DNA of 64,000 nt from contig CAIWMF010000009.1 in assembly GCA_903913785.1 (NCBI GenBank), positions 2,878 to 66,877 on the forward strand, written 5' to 3'. Of the stretch, positions 61,619 to 64,000 are shown in pieces. This stretch comes from an uncultured Spartobacteria bacterium (GTDB lineage Bacteria > Verrucomicrobiota > Verrucomicrobiia > Chthoniobacterales > UBA6821). Both the position numbers and the translations under genes were made by a program. Position 1 is the stretch's first letter, and the number at the start of each line of letters is the position of its first letter. The notes below the pieces were generated by a model. That model was not told the origin of the DNA. It searched no databases and worked only from the letters and a program-made list of their open reading frames with translations.

Positions 61619-64000
61619 ATGAAGAATCATAAATACAGCTACTCTAGCTTGTGCGCTGCTTTGCTCTTCACCTTCCTATTTGTACAGCCAGCAAGAGCAA
61701 TAGATCCCAACGATCCTGCGCAAGAATTTCTGATAGCTTATCAAAATTTTCAACAAGCAGAGAGGCTTGAGCGAGCAGGCAAGCAAAACGAAGCCATTAC
61801 TAAATATAAGTATGCAGAGGGTATTTTAAAAGCCCTTAATAGCAAACATCCAGATTGGCAGCAGCCTGTTGTCGATTATCGCTTGCATAAAGTCAGAGAT
61901 AGTCTTGCCAGGCTCAATGGGACGATGCCTGTGAGCGTTGTAGAAAATGAAGAATCTGTAGAAAACAGTGAGGCTCCTCCATCACCTACTCTTAGTAACA
62001 AAGCTCAGAAAGATGGCTATTCTAATAAGGATGGAGAGCATGAATTAGAGAGTGCTCCAAGTATCTCAATTACTCCACCTGCAATTCCTAAAAATCTTTC
62101 TGATAAACAAATCGCAGATCTTCAAACAGCGTTAAAAAAAACAGAATTAGAATTACAAAAAGCGCGCCAAGAGCTCACTGATAAAACAAAAGAACTCGAT
62201 CAGTCCAAAGTCGTCATTGTTGATATTAAGTCTCAACTTGAAAAAACAGAGCGTCAGGTTACTGATTTAAAAACAGACCTTTCAAAAGCACACGTTCTAG
62301 GCGCTCAACGTGAAGATTTATTACAAAAATCGGTACAAATTTTAGAAAACAAAGTAGATGATCTCCTAGCAGATCAAGAAGTTGTTTTAGAAGAAAACAA
62401 GCACTTGCAAGATCATTTAAATCAAGCATCCTCATCACTTGCAGCAGGAATAGGCATAAAAAAACGACTCGAAGAGTTGCAGCTTGAAGTCAATAAAGAA
62501 AAAAATAACACAGCTCTGCTTGAGCAACAATTAACCACTCTTCAGAACGAACATAATAGTACCAAGGCCCTGAACAGCTCACTGAAAAAACAACTCTTAG
62601 AAGCAGCGGCATCACTCAGTGAAGCTGAAAAACAAGCAAAAGAAGCCAGTGCCCTGCATCTACAAATAGATAAATTACGTACTGCTGATACAGCCTTAGC
62701 CAAAGAGATAAGTTCCATGAAGCATGAGCAGCAGCAGAGCACTGATCTTTTGAAGGAAGCTACAGAAGCCCGTAGTGTATTAGAACAATCTCATCAGCAC
62801 CTGCTCGCAGAAGCTCAAAATAAATCTCAAACAGCCCAGCGTGAATATGAGTCTTTGAAAAAAAGAAAGTTAGAAGTCGAGGGGCAATTGACGGAAGCTA
62901 ACAAAAAAATTAAATCTTTTGAGGATCTTTTGTCTCATAAAGCTTCGCTTGAAGCAGAAATGATTGGATGTAAAAAACAACTTCAGCAGACTTCTTTGCA
63001 ATTAATCGATCAAGAAAAGAAAATTGCTGAATTACAGAAAACCGAGCCTGAAAAAGATCGTTGTCTCATTGAAAAAGAAAAGGAACTCTCAGAGGCACGT
63101 CTTCATTCTGAAAAACTTCAAAAAGAACTTGTGGCTGCCACACAAAAATTGTCTGCCGTACAAGCGGAAGTTCAACTTCGTGATGATCGTTATAGCGAAC
63201 TTAAAATTCAACTAGATCAAAAAAATAAAGAACTCTTCATCTTAAAGAATAAATCAGAGCCCAATGAGCAAGAACAAAGCGCTGTCGCTGAAAATCAATT
63301 ACTCAGAGGAATTGTGATTCGTGAACTCAAAACAGAGGCTAAACGCGAGCAAATCAAAAAACTTATTCTCGATGATTTAGAAAAACTGAAAGTAAATTCT
63401 GTAAACCTTTCAAATCAGCTTCAAAAATTAACAAAACCTACAAAATTGACCCAAGAGGAAAAAGCCTTATTTAAAAACACCCCTCTCTTAAGTCCTCTTG
63501 CTAGTACTACTCAAGAAGAGAATGATGATTTTTTGATGCTTTCATCTGCTGCTTCTAAAAAAGATGATAGCTCTCAAGGTAAGTTAGGAAGCGGTGATGT
63601 GAGTCCTTCTGAGGTAAGCAAGCCTCAAGAAAATCCAAAAAGCAAAAGTACTAAGCAGCCTTTTCCATCTATCTCTTCTGATCCGGAAAAAAATGAAACT
63701 CAGATTTCACAAAAACATCATGAATTAATCACAACGGCGAAAGAACAATTTGAACATCATAATTATTTTGAAGCAGAAAAAAAATTTCAAGATGCAGTGG
63801 CCGTTTCGCCTAATGACTATTTGACACTTTCTAATTTAGGCGTTGTGGAGTTTCAACTCAGCAAAATGTCGGAAGCGGAATCCGTTTTAAAAAAAGCTGT
63901 ATCTATCGATGGCAAAAAGTCCTTTGCACTCACAACGCTTGGTATTGTTGAATATCGTCAAGAAAAAACAGGTGAAGCAGAGCGGGATTTAAGAAAAGCC
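61619..64000 (+). CDS. secreted coiled-coil / TPR protein, 3'-truncated by the window end (absent from the ORF track)
   Basis: I translated by hand from the ATG at 61619. The frame stays open for 794 codons to position 64000. It has a signal peptide (MKNHKYSYSSLCAALLFTFLFVQPARA|IDP), a heptad-rich central region of about 400 aa, and TPR-like helices at the end (SPNDYLTLSNLGVVEFQLSKMSEAESVLKKAV). Confidence 0.75.
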   Translation, partial: MKNHKYSYSSLCAALLFTFLFVQPARAIDPNDPAQEFLIAYQNFQQAERLERAGKQNEAITKYKYAEGILKALNSKHPDWQQPVVDYRLHKVRDSLARLNGTMPVSVVENEESVENSEAPPSPTLSNKAQKDGYSNKDGEHELESAPSISITPPAIPKNLSDKQIADLQTALKKTELELQKARQELTDKTKELDQSKVVIVDIKSQLEKTERQVTDLKTDLSKAHVLGAQREDLLQKSVQILENKVDDLLADQEVVLEENKHLQDHLNQASSSLAAGIGIKKRLEELQLEVNKEKNNTALLEQQLTTLQNEHNSTKALNSSLKKQLLEAAASLSEAEKQAKEASALHLQIDKLRTADTALAKEISSMKHEQQQSTDLLKEATEARSVLEQSHQHLLAEAQNKSQTAQREYESLKKRKLEVEGQLTEANKKIKSFEDLLSHKASLEAEMIGCKKQLQQTSLQLIDQEKKIAELQKTEPEKDRCLIEKEKELSEARLHSEKLQKELVAATQKLSAVQAEVQLRDDRYSELKIQLDQKNKELFILKNKSEPNEQEQSAVAENQLLRGIVIRELKTEAKREQIKKLILDDLEKLKVNSVNLSNQLQKLTKPTKLTQEEKALFKNTPLLSPLASTTQEENDDFLMLSSAASKKDDSSQGKLGSGDVSPSEVSKPQENPKSKSTKQPFPSISSDPEKNETQISQKHHELITTAKEQFEHHNYFEAEKKFQDAVAVSPNDYLTLSNLGVVEFQLSKMSEAESVLKKAVSIDGKKSFALTTLGIVEYRQEKTGEAERDLRKA

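Overview
The window reads as a bacterial chromosomal segment with about 45 convincing CDS. My guess from gene content is a PVC-superphylum or Verrucomicrobia-like organism: a chlamydial-type R2c ribonucleotide reductase sits alongside a ddl-ftsQ-ftsA-ftsZ cluster. No species can be named from sequence alone.

Gene order:
- tail of the dcw cluster (ddl, ftsQ, ftsA and a divergent ftsZ) and an orphan repeat protein
- clpB, an Rpn/PD-(D/E)XK nuclease-like gene coupled to mrp/apbC, serA, glk and a DUF1345 protein
- a 710-aa orphan secreted protein
- a five-gene lipid-modification cluster (FAD oxidoreductase, DUF1365, cfa, DUF1295, cfa-like)
- CYTH, an EamA-like transporter, cca, thiL and a CPBP protease
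- a KsgA-Nudix fusion, dnaK-groES-groEL, ridA, tgt and pyrC
- an orphan class Ic nrdB, a 1195-aa Asn-rich beta-helix-type repeat protein and an OprB-like porin
- a complete hisGDCBHAF-IE operon, bioA and a second CPBP protease
- family-4 UDG, pdxJ, an HD hydrolase, an acidic orphan protein and dnaG-rpoD
- a signal-peptide coiled-coil/TPR ORF that runs off the window end and is missing from the supplied ORF track

I saw no rRNA, tRNA or CRISPR array.

The most unusual signal is a dispersed family of MITE-like inverted-repeat elements, with termini TTAACCCGGATATTTCATAC / GTATGAAATATCCGGGTTAA bounded by YTAR. It is present at 12 or more loci. One copy lies in frame inside a CDS. Other copies overlap the ftsZ stop codon, the hisD C-terminus together with the hisC start codon, and the hisIE C-terminus. 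Solo ends sit just upstream of clpB, dnaG, rpoD, pyrC and nrdB. Element-related direct repeats bracket the AT-rich giant repeat-protein gene.

All repeat coordinates and identities come from hand alignment and may be off by a few nucleotides. Nothing was computed or searched.
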